Assembly (NCBI GenBank): GCA_013239625.1
Contig: MU054323.1
Span: 4,318,214-4,382,213 of the forward strand
Direction of reading: 5' to 3'
Origin: Lama guanicoe
Lineage: Eukaryota
DNA length: 64,000 bases
In this document: positions 49,151-60,850 of the stretch, in pieces
Layout of the letters: each line of letters starts with the position of its first letter
Position numbering within the stretch: the stretch's first letter is position 1
The notes under the pieces: generated by a model
The model's database searches: none
Seen by the model: the letters and a program-made list of their open reading frames with translations, nothing else
Told to the model about the DNA's origin: nothing
Program-made: the position numbers and the translations under genes

Positions 49151-49479
49151 TTAATTCAGTCTCAGTGAAGGATGCTGAAGTGAGCTAACCTAGCTTCAAA
49201 ATGTTGGTACCATCTATTACCTTATGTCCTTTCAGAAAGGAGTAGCATGTCACTTAAATATTTTGGGGCATCTATAAAAGTCTTATTTGCATGGCTTCAA
49301 ATAATATTGACTGGATTTGCACATGCCAATTTGTCATTTTCAATACTGGATTTAAATTTTAGTGTTACCGTTTTCTTTTAAAAACCTAGCTCTTTGCCTT
49401 TGTGTAAGACCATACCTGAGTACTTCATTCTGCATCCATCAAAAGGGTTAATAGGTGACGTTTGAGAGCAGAAACTGAC

Positions 49480-52400
49480 TGATTCTTACTCACTTTTTAT
49501 AAGTATACAAATCAATGATATTTATTGAATTTATGGAGATGTGCAACTGTCACTGTGATCCTTTACGACTCTAAAAATTCCCCGTGAGCTCATTTGCAGT
49601 CATTCTCCACTGCAAAGGGTACCCCTGTCAGACAACCATCGATCTGCTTTCTGTATCTATAAAGTTACCTGTTTTAGACATTTCATATAAATGAAATCCT
49701 ACAATTTGTACTCTTTGTTGTCTGGCTTTTTTCATTTAGTGCAATGCTTTTAAGGTTTATACATGTTGCAACATGTATCAGTATTTCATTGCTTTATATT
49801 ACTAAATAGTTGTGGATATGTATCATATTTTATTATATTACCCACTTAACATTTGATGGATACTTGGATTGTTTAGTTTTTGACCATTATAGAAAAATGC
49901 TTCTATGAACATTTGGGTATAAAATTATTGTGTGGGCATGTTTTCCTTTCTCTATGGTACATTACTATGAGTGGAATTGCTGGGTCATATGGTAAGTTTA
50001 TGTTTCATTTTTTAAGAAATTGCCAAACTGATTTCCAAATTGGCTATAACCACTTTATGTTTCTACAGCACTGTGTGAGGGTTTCAGTTTCTCTACAACT
50101 TTTCCAAAACTTAGTATGATCAGACTATTTGATTACAATCATTCTTCTAGGTATGTAGTGGTATTTCATTGTAGGTTTAACTTATTTCCTAACAAATGTG
50201 TAGCAAATTTTCATGTGCTTATTAGCCCTTTGAATGTGTTATTTGGTATATGCAGTATAAGTTTTTATCAATTATAGGTCACTTTTCTTATTTTTGAGTT
50301 GTCATATACTATTATGCTATAAAATATTATGCTATTATTAAATTGTACATTATACAGTATGTTATACAATATGTATTATGGATGGAAGTCCTTTATCAGA
50401 TATATAACTTCCGAATATTTTCTCTCAGTCTGTGCCTTGTCATTTCATTTACTTAATGGTGTCTTTTGAAGTATTAATATTTCTCATTTTAATGAAGTAT
50501 ATCATTTATTTTAAATAATAAAAGAATGAATTATATAATACTATATAATCATAAATTATGATCATTTCTATAATAAATTAACAATATATAATATTGCACA
50601 TTATAAATTACTATTTTACCTATACATATATTTAAAAATATATCTAGCCTTTGGCTTTGTATCTAATAACTCTTTGCCTAATCCAAAATCTTGAAATTTC
50701 ACTCTTATGTTGTCTTTGAAAAGTTTTAATAGTTTCAGCACTTATATTTAGGTTAGTGATTGATACCAAGTGCATTTTTGGTAAGCACCTAAATTCATTC
50801 TTTTGCATGTGGCTGTGTAATTATACCAGTCAATATCATTTGTTTATTGAAATGCCTTTGTCAAAAAAATTGACCATAAACATAAGAATTTATTTTTGGA
50901 CTCTCAGTTAGTTTCATTGATCTATGTGCTTATCCTTACGCCAATAACACACTGTCTCCTTTACTGTTGCTTTATAGTAAATTTTCAAATATGGTAATTT
51001 AAGCCCTTCAAATTTGTTGTTCTTTTGAAAAATTGTTTTGGCTCTTCTAAATCTTTTCATTTTAAATGTAGCTTGCTGTTTTCTATGAAAAAATCTTGCA
51101 GGAATTTTGACAAAGATTTAATTAAATGTATAGATCAATTTGGAGAAAATATTTCAATCCATGAACATGGCATGTGTCTTCATTTATTTAAATTTAATTT
51201 GTTCCAGCAGTGTTTTATGGTATTCAACATAAAATCTTGTACATCGTGTTTTAAACCTTTTCCAATGTTTATTATTATTTTGATGCTATTCTGAGTGGAA
51301 TTGTTTTCTTGATTTTATTTTCTGATTGCTCATTGCTAGTTAAAATTCAGTTGATTTTAGGTATTAATCTTGTATCTCATGACCTTGCTAAACTCATTTA
51401 TTCATTAAGGACTCTTTTTTGTGTGTGAGAGTAGAATCCTTTACATATGGATTATGTCATCTGCAAATAAAGACTGTTTGATCTTCTCAGATTTGAATTC
51501 CCTTAATTTCTTCTCGCTGTTCCCCTCCACCCACCCCTCCTTCCTCTTGCCTTAATGTATTGGCTAAAGTCGCCAGTACAATGTTAAATACAAATGAAGA
51601 GAGCAGAGCAGAACATCTTTGCCTTTTTCCTCACCTTTGGGGGAAAGCATTTAGTTTTTCACCATTAAGTATAATGTTAGATGAAAGTTTTTTTTTTGAT
51701 TTTTTTTTTTTTTGGATTTTAAGGACAATACCACTATTCCTATTTTGTAGTGAAATATTATTATGAAAGGGTGTTGACTTTTTTTTCACAAGCTCTTTGC
51801 ATCCTTTGGGATTATCGTGTCGGTTTTGTCCTTTCTTTCAGCACATTACAGTAATTGATTTTCATATATTTAGCCAACTTTGCATTCCTGCTATAAGTTC
51901 CACTTGGCCATGATGTATAATCCTTACTAAATACTGCTGAATTCAGTGTGCTAATATTTTGTTAAAGATACATACATCTCTATTCATGATGGCTATTGGT
52001 CTGTAGTTTCTTTTCTGGATGTCTTTGTAAGTTTATGTTGTCATGGTAACACAGGCCATGAATAATGACTTTGGAAGTACTCCTTTTCAGTATATTTTCT
52101 GGAAGAGCTTGTGAAGAAATGGTATCTTTTCTTCTTTAAACCTTTGGTATAATTCGTCAGTGAAACCCCCCCATGCCTAAAATTTTCTCTGTGAGAATAT
52201 TTTAAATTACTATTTCAATTTCCTTAAATTTTATAGGTTTATTCCATTCTATTTCTGCTTTTTTTCTGAGTGAATTTTGATCATGTGTATCTTTCTAAGA
52301 ATTTACCCATATATTCTGATTTGTCTAATTTATTGGCATTTAGTTAAGCTAATATTTCCTTATAAACCTCTTAATAAGGTTTTTTTTAATAAACCATTTT

Positions 52401-54139
52401 TCATCACTGATTTTGGCAATTTGTTACTTTTGTTTTATTTTCTTGTCAGCCTACCTAAGGGTTTATCAATTTTATTGTTTTTTTTTTTTAAATCAGCTTT
52501 TGGTTTTGTGATTTTCTCTATTGTGTTCCTGTTTTCTTAACATTGTCAGTGATTTACTCTAATATTTAGTACTTTCTTGCTTATTCTTGCTTTGAGTTTA
52601 TTTTGCTCTTCTTTTTGTAACTTGACAACGTGGAAGCATAGGTGATTGATCTGAGACTTTTTTCTTTTCTGATAAAGGCATTTAAAGTTTCAGAACCTCT
52701 AAGACTTCAGCTGTATTCCATAAATATAATGTGTTTTCATAGTTCCAGTAGTTCACATTGTTTTATGATTTCTCCTTTGACATGGGTTATTTAAAGTGTG
52801 TTGTTTAATGTCTGTATATTGGAGCTGTCTCAGATTTGTTTCCGTTGTAGATTAACAATTTAACTTCAAGAGGTCAGAGATTATGCTTCATATATTTTCA
52901 ATCTTTTCAACTTTTGGGGAATTGTTTTATGGCTCAGCAAGTTGGAGAATGTTTTATGTGTACTTGAAAAGAGTGCATTTTGCAGACTTTGGTTGAGGTG
53001 TCCTGTTGATGTGGGTTGGAGCAAGTTGTTTGATAGTGTCATTTTAGTCATTATGCCAATGCTAATTTCTTTCTAGCTTTTTTTTTTTTTTAACAATTTT
53101 TGAGAGTAGGCCATTGAAATCTCTAACTATTGTTGTTAAATTGTCTATTTCCTCTTTCAATTCTGCCAGTTTTTGCTTCATGTATTTTTGGGCTTTATTG
53201 ATAGGTGTACATGTATTTATAATTTTAATATAATCTCTAATGATGTTTCTATTGTTATGAAATATCCATCTTTGTAAAAATTCTTGTCTGAAAGTCCGTT
53301 ATATGTAATATGAATATAATCACTCTAGCTTTTTTAATGGTCACCGTTACATGTTATTTGTTTAATTTTTCCATTATTTTATTTTCAACATATTTATGTC
53401 TTTGAATCTAATATGCATCTCTTGTAGACAGCAGTTAGCGGGTTTGCTTTTCTACCCAGTCTGACTTCCATGATACTTGAATGGGGTTGTGTAGACTTTT
53501 CACATTTAATGTAATATGTTTGGCTTTACTTGTACAGTTTTGATATTTGTTTATCATTGGTCTTTTTTTGTTTCCCCTTTCTTTACTATCTTTTTTAAAG
53601 TCAATACTTTACAACTGTCGTCTTAATTCCTATATTATTTTTTTTACTGCCTATCTTTAGTTATTTTCTTAGCAATTGCTCTCAGAATTACAAGGTATAT
53701 TTTGAATATATCCCAAGCTACTTCAAAATAATGCTAACTTAATTGCAGTAAAATGCAGACTCTCTTCTCCAGTATATCTCCTTTCATCCCTCTTTGTGCG
53801 AATATTTTTATGTTATATCTATATATTATAAACACAAAAACTTGTTTTTACTTTTATTCCATCTTTTGTATTTTAAAAATTTAAGAGAAAAAAATGATAA
53901 AATATAAATTTATAGAGCAAGGCATTTACCATTTCCAGTGCTCTTTATTTCTTCTTTTGGATTGGAGCTACCCTCAAGTGTCACTTCCTTTCAGCCTGAA
54001 AGATTTCTTTTTGTCTTTTTGGTGATTTAAGTATGCTAGAAATGGATTTTCTCAGTCTCTGTGTATCTGTGAATATATTTATTTTGGCTTCATATTTGAA
54101 TGATAACTTTCCTGCATATTAGAATGCTTGCTTGATTTA
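49480..54139 (-). mobile_element. Long LINE-1 (L1MB-like), antisense: 3'UTR, ORF2 and inter-ORF region, left of the Tigger1 insertion
   Basis: Continuous antisense L1 motifs: gacatttcatataaatgaaatc, gagtggaattgctgggtcatatggtaag, ttttaagaaattgccaaactg, ttcattgatctatgtg, gggggaaagcatttagtttttcaccattaagtataatgttag, ccaactttgcattcctg, tctcttgtagacagca. Confidence 0.9.
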
Positions 54140-56528
54140 CAGGCGTAATTCGTTTTATTGGGCTTCGCTTTTTAGCACTTTGGAGATACTGTGTTTTTAC
54201 AGATTGGAGGTTTGTGGCAGTCCTATTCTGAGCAAGCCTGTTGGTGCTGTTTCTCCAACAGCAATTTCTCACTTCATCTCTATGTCACGTTTTAGTAATT
54301 CTCACATTTCCAACTTGCTCATTATGATTACACTTGTTATGATGATCTGTGATCAGTGGTCATGATGTTACTATTATAACTGCTTTGGGAGCCACGAACC
54401 ACACTAATATAAGATGAAGAATATAATCAGTAAATATTGTGTATGTTCTGACTGCTCCACTGACCAGTCATTTCCCTGTCTCACTCCCTCTTTTCAGGCC
54501 TCTGTTCCCTGAGGCACAATATTATTGAAATTAGGTCACTTAGTAACCCTTCAATGGCTCTTAAGTGTTCAAGTGAAAGGAAGAGTTGTATTTAAATTAA
54601 AAGCTAGAAATAATTAAACTTAGTGAGGAAGGCATGTCAAAAGCCAAGACAGGCCAAATGCTAGTCCTCTTGCTCCAGTTAGCCAAGTTGTGAATGCAAA
54701 GAAAAAGTTCTTAAAAGGACTTCTTTTAAAAAAGCAAAAAGCGCTACCCCAGTGAACCCATGAATGAAAAGAAGCAGCTTTGTTGCTGACATGAATAAAG
54801 TTTTAGTGGTCTGGATAGATCAAACCAGCCACAACATTCCCTTAAGCCGAAGGCTAATCCAGAACAAGACTCTAACTCTCCTCCATTCTGTAAAGGCTGA
54901 GAGATGTGAGGAAGACGCAGAAGAAGAGTCTGAAGCTAGCAGAGATTGATTTATAAGGTTTAAGGAAAGAAGCCGTTTTGATAACATAAAATGTAAAGCG
55001 AAGCATCAAGTGCTGATGCAGAAGTTGCAGCAGGTTATCCAGAAGATCTGGCTCGGATAATTAACGAAGGGGGCTGCAATAAACAACAGGTTTTCAATGT
55101 AGATGAAACAACCCTAAACTGGAAGAAGATATCATCTAGGACCTTTAAAGACAGAAATCGATGCCTGGCTTCAAAGCTACAGGAGAGCCCCTGACTCTCT
55201 TGTTAGAGCCTAATGCAGCTGGTGACTTTAATCAAAGCCACTGCTCATTTACCGTTCTAAAAACCCTAGTGGCTTTAAGACTTACGCTAAATATACTCTG
55301 CCTGTGCTCTATAAATGGAGCAACAAAGCTTAGATGACAGTACATCTATTTGCAGCATGGTTTACTGAATATTCTAAGCCCACTGTTGAGACCTATTGCT
55401 TAGAAAAAGAAGGTTCCTTTTGAAATATTAATGTTTATTGACAATGCACCTGGTCACCCAAGAGATCTGATGGAGATGTGAGAAATTAATGTTGTTTTCA
55501 CGCCTGCCAACACAACATCCATTATGTAGCCCATGGATCAAGGAGTAATTTCAACTTTCAGGTCTTATTATTTAAGAAATGCGTTTTATAAAGCTATAGC
55601 TGCCATCGATTATAGTTCCTCTGATGGATCTGGGTGAAGTAAATTGAAAGCTTTTTGGAAAGGATTCACCATTCTAGATGCCATTAAGAACATAAGAACA
55701 TTAATGATTCATGGGAAGAAGTCAAAATGTCAACATTTTTCGGAGTTTGGAAGAAGTTGACTCCAACCCTCATGAATGACTTTGAGGGGTTTAAGACTTC
55801 AGTGGAGCAAGTAACTGCAGAAATATTGGAAATAGCGAAAAGACCTAGAATTAGAAGTGGAGCCTGAAAATGTGACTGAATTGCTGTAATCTCATGATAA
55901 AACTTGAACAGATGAGGAGTTGTTTCTTATGGATGAGCAAAGAAAGTGTTTTCTTGAGATGGACTCTATTCCAGGTGAAGAGTCTATGAAGATTGTTGAA
56001 ATGACAACAAAGAATTTAGAATATTACATAATCTTAGTTGAAAAAGCAGTGACAGGCTCTGAGATGATTGAACCCAATTTTGAAAGAAGTTCTACTGTGG
56101 ATAAAATGCTCTCAAATACCGCACGCTATAGAGAAATCATTTGTGAAAGGAAAAGTCAAGGAAAAGTTTGTGGTGTGGCAAACTTCAATGTTGTCTTATT
56201 TTAAGAAATTGCCACAGCCATCCCAGCCTTCAGCAAGCACCACCCTGACCAGTCAGCAGTTACCAACATGGAGGCAAGACTCCCCACTCACAAAAAGATA
56301 ATTCGCTGAAGGCTCAAATGGTGGGTATCATTTTTTGGCAATAAAGTGTTTTTTAATTAAGATATGTACTTCTTGGTGTAATCTATTGCACACTTAATAG
56401 ACTGTAGTATAGTATAGTATACCTTTTATGTGCACTGGGAAACTAAGAAAACTGTGTGACTTACTTTATTGCAATATTGTCTTGTTTTCAAACAAAACCT
56501 GAAATACCTCCAATATAATAAAGGTATA
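54140..56528 (+). mobile_element. Tigger1 (TcMar-Tigger/pogo) DNA transposon, near full length (about 2.4 kb)
   Basis: TA (54138-54139) then left TIR-like caggcgtaattcgttttattg. The internal sequence follows Tigger1 throughout. The 3' end is tgcactgggaaactaagaaaactgtgtgacttactttattgcaatatt with a damaged right TIR. Confidence 0.95.
54554..56300 (+). pseudogene. Inactivated Tigger1 transposase (CENP-B/pogo-type HTH plus DDD domain, TIGD1-related)
   Basis: ATG at 54554 (MALKCSSERK). ORF 54764-54949 (VADMNKVLVVWIDQTSHNIPLS...KAERCEEDAEE) resembles the Tigger1/TIGD1 HTH region. Catalytic motifs: FNVDET (Asp 55102-55104), IDNAPGHP (Asp 55440-55442), PMDQGVI (Asp 55536-55538). Stops such as TAG at 55527-55529 and frameshifts break the frame. 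Confidence 0.9.
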
Positions 56529-58230
56529 TTTTTTCCCTTTCAGCACTTTGAATATATCATTCTAATGTCTTCTGAACTCCATTGGTTTGGAGAAGTCAGC
56601 TGTTTATTCTTTCATTGTTCATCTGTATGTGATGACTTGTTTTACTCTTGCTGCTTTCAAAATTTCTCTTTGTCTTTGTCTTTCAGTAATTTGAATATGG
56701 CATGTCTAGGTATGATTCTTTTTGTGTTTATTTTACTTGAACTTTGTTGAGCTTCTCAGATTTGTAGACTAATGATTTTCATCAAATGTGGGATATTTTT
56801 GTTATTATTGTGTCAATTTTTTTTACCCAATCTCTGTGCTCCTTTTGTGACTCCCATTACACATCTGTTGGTTTGCTTCCTATTATCCTATATATCTCTG
56901 AGACTGTGTTCAATTTTCATCTTTTTTCAGTCAGTTCTTCAGATTGGATTATTTCTATTGATGTATATTTAGGTTTAGTGATTCTTTCTTATGCCATATC
57001 AAATATTGCATTAAGCTCCTCTAGTAGGTTTTAAATTTCAGTTATTTTCAACTTGAGAACTTTCATTTTTGTAATAATTTCCATTTCTCTGTTATTGAGA
57101 TTCTCCATTTGTTGATTTGTTGACATGCTTTCCTTTAATTCTTTAAACATGACTTCCTGTTGTTCTTTGAACAAATGTATCATAGTTACTTGAACACCTT
57201 TACTGCATCCAACATCTGGGAATACTCAGAAACATTATGTATTATAAGTTGTTGTGTTTTTTGTTTTGTTTTTTAGTTCTTGAGTATGGATCATGCTTTC
57301 TTTTTCTTTGCACATGTTATAATATTTAGTTGAATACTGTACATTTTAGATGCTATGGTATAGTAACTCTGAGTTCTGATCCATCCATCCCCTTAGGATT
57401 GTTGTTTTTGTTTACTTTTATGTTAATAAACATAAATCACTTGGACTAAATCAGTGAACTCTCTCTCCTCTGCAGTGTATAGTCATTAATATATCTGATT
57501 AGTATTTTTTTTTTTTAGTCTCAAGTTCAGATTTCAAGGTGTTGGCCTGTGTTTTCAGAGACAGAGATTTAAGAGACTGTGCTCAAATATCTCAAACCAA
57601 TGTCTTCTTTTTTTTTTCTGATGGATCCATGAATCTATGTGTGGAGAGGGGGCTACATGCATAGTTTAGACTGATTTCAATTCTCTGCTGCTTTAATTTT
57701 ATGATGATTCCTGTCATGTCTCCTCTGGTCATGCATTTAGTTTCCAGCCACTAGGGATATTTTAGTGGCTTGCACCCACTCTAGGCTATAGTGCACCCGC
57801 ACACAGCCTTATGTTCATCCAGGATATGTGGAGAAATTATCAAGGCTTACAAAACCACCTCGTCTTGTAGAAATCTCTTTTAACACCCCCAGCTAGTTTG
57901 TGAGCCCATAGCAACACCACTCCAAATCAAGTGATCACCACACCCTCTGCAGTGGCCATGAGGCTGCTGGTTTTCCTGGTCTGCTCCAAACTGGTTGAAC
58001 TATCACACTGGAGAACTAGGAAAAGGATCAGTTCTGGGGAACAACATCACAGATTCTCATTGTTTCTGTTTGTATTTTTATCATCTTCATAAATAAATAT
58101 TTGTTTTTTTTCTATGCTTTTGGTCAATTTCCAGAGTGTTAAGGTTGTTTTGACACTTCTGTACACCTTCGTAGTTGCTTATTGTGGAGGAAACTTACTG
58201 ACCTCCTCACTTCATCATGCTAGAATTTTA
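56529..58230 (-). mobile_element. Continuation of the same LINE-1 (ORF1/5' region), right of Tigger1
   Basis: tttcagcactttgaatatatcattc...tgctttcaaaatttctctttgtctttgtctttcagtaatttgaatatg...ctttgttgagcttc joins to agaatgcttgcttga before the transposon. Confidence 0.75.
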
Positions 58231-59829
58231 TACATTTTTGTTTTCTTAGTGCCTAACACAGTTTCTGGCTTGTAGTGGACTCTTAAATTTTATTGAATTA
58301 ATAAATTAACTAAGGGAATAAGAAAAGGAGCACTATCTCATGCAGCTCAGGGATTCCCAAATGTAAGTTAATGGCTTTGGTGTGTTTTTTATGAGAGCGT
58401 ACAAGAGACATAATCTGGAGATAATTGATCTTCAACTGAGAACGATTAACTAACAAGACTTATGGTCCCAAGAGATAAAGTGGAACAAGTTGTATATACA
58501 TGCCAATTTCTGACAGTTTCTAGACACATCTATAGACCTCATGTTGCTTAAGACAGACTCCAGCTGTTATTCAAAGTAAGGGAATTGTGGTTAGTGATTA
58601 AGTAGCATTTCCGTTTTGACTTCAACTCCCAGTGCTAGTTATTGGTGGGAGAAAGATTACTAACTCAGAATGTTTATTGAATACCCAAATCTCCTATTTT
58701 ATACCAGGAGCTCAAGCCCAGCCAAACCACTTTAATATACTATGTTATGTCTCTGAAAAAGAAAGAGTATTGAAATAAATAATTGGCCTCATGAAAGTTC
58801 AAATAGATGAACTAAAATGGTTACACTTGGCTTTAGCTTACCCTACTGACAGTTTAAATTTTATAGATCTTTTTCCCCCCGAAACAAAAATGCTTAAGAG
58901 ATGCAAGAAAGCATAGAACAGAAGCTGAGTTACCATTTTCAGAAGCTGTCACTAAAATTGTCTGCATAGCCATTTAACCATAGTTATCCTTCCCACATTT
59001 CAAGCTTTAGAGAGAACATAAAATGCAAGCACTGTCAGTGGTTCATTTATACCACCATATGGCATGATTCTGCTCTCTTTCCAAACTCTTCAAACCTCTG
59101 GTGTTTGTTAGACTCCAAATATCTCTTCTTGTACTTGAACCCATCCATACACGCCACAAGCACTCACTCACACACACATTTTCAATGGCTGCTGCATTTG
59201 TTTTTTTCCCCTAGGATAAGTGCACTTGGGGAAGAGTCCCCCAGATGCAAGTCTTATCCTAAATGGCCAAATGATGGACCTGACCCAAGACTCATCACCA
59301 GCATTGACTAAGAGAGTAATCAGCTTTATAACTTTGGATGCTACTAGTATAGTGATAATGTATTTATTGCTAGACTTCCCGAGACAAACACTGGACAAAT
59401 CACCATTCATGTTGTGGCTGATCATCACACATTCAGCTGAACTGCTCCATTAGCAGTCCAATCTGACAACGAAATTAAATTGAGTAGGGTATCTGGATTC
59501 ACTATCAATCCAATGGCACAACTAATGAAAATAATGTGATATTTAGATTAACTAAAATGGCGTGGTCTAAGAAACCCCATAGACTCAAATAAGGTGGAGA
59601 AAATGCCTTGATATCCAGTAGAACAGAGGACTCTTGTTTATTTTATCATTTGGATCGGTCCATTAGCGTTTTAGTGAACATAAGAGATCTTTTGGTGTCA
59701 ACTGAAAAGTGGATTGAAGAACCAAAGGAAATGGTTACTGCTGTTCACACAGATATCATTCTAAGAACTCTACAGGGGATTATAATTGGAAGGCGCCCCT
59801 GAAGTCCCCTTGTTCCTTGCCCTTTGGTT

Positions 59830-60090
59830 TCTATGTTTATCTTCATCATAACTCTTATCATAGATATCATAATGGGTTTTGTGTCAATAAACTCCTTTTA
59901 TAGACAAGGAGATCCTTTAGAATAGGGGCTGCTCTTATCATACCTAACATAATAATTTTGTGATAATATTCATTTTCTGGAAAATGAGCTCCTTTAGGAC
60001 AGGGACTCTGTTGTATTGGTGTTCTAATCTCTAGTGCCCAGTGTGGTGTATGTAACACAGTAGGCTCTCAGTTGTTCGCTGACTTAACGT
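59830..60090 (+). mobile_element. L2 3' end fragment(s)
   Basis: aaatgagctcctttaggacagggactctg...ctagtgcccagtgtggtg...aacacagtaggctctca. Confidence 0.6.
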
Positions 60091-60499
60091 ACAAAGGGAA
60101 GAGGAGGGGAAATTAGATCATGTGCTCATTCATACTCACTTCACACAAATGTTCAGATAATTGGTAGAGTGACAGGAGTGATAAACTGTACTTTTTGGAC
60201 AAGTGACGAGTGACTTTTACTACAAGGTTAGAAGTATTTGGTCTTGGGACTAAATAAATGATTACAGAGTTCACCATATTGCCCTGCTAGGTTGATTGTG
60301 CTATTTGGAGCCAGTTAAGGACTTTGAAAAACTTTGAGAACACATATTATGAAAATGTAATACAAAAATGAAGATAGAAAAGGTACAGAAGAAAATGGTT
60401 GTTAATGTGAAAAGATTTTGGTTTAGGAGATTATTTTGAAACGAAATTCTAATATAAGCAAAAATATAACTTATTTTTGCAAAGATTCCATGAAGATGC

Positions 60500-60850
60500 A
60501 TATGCTGAGCACTTACGTGCAGGCATAGTACTTTGTGCTAGGAATACAAACATAGACGTAGCCCAATTCCTGTCTCCAAAGATCTTAAGTAGTAATTGGA
60601 GAGAGACAAGGTCATAAATAAATAAACGTAAAATGTGTCACAGGTGCTGTGTTTGAAATGTGTTCAAGGCAGTGCTCCAAGAGAGGATGCGTGGTCAATT
60701 GCACAAGGGTCGTGAGACCAAGGAAGGGTTGGCAGAGGAGGTGACTTTTGAGCTGAGCATTGAAGATAAATCAGGTTGGCCAGGGAGACGAGGGGAAGGG
60801 AACAGAAAACAGTATAAGTGCGGACATGATAATGTGATAGCCCGGAAGGC
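60500..60850 (-). mobile_element. L2 3' fragment
   Basis: ctgagcacttacgtgcaggcatagtactttgtgctaggaatacaa...gaggaggtgacttttgagctgagcattgaagata. Confidence 0.7.

Noticed and set aside
50290..50645. Very AT-rich patch
   Set aside because: Low-complexity TA expansion inside the L1, with no independent structure.
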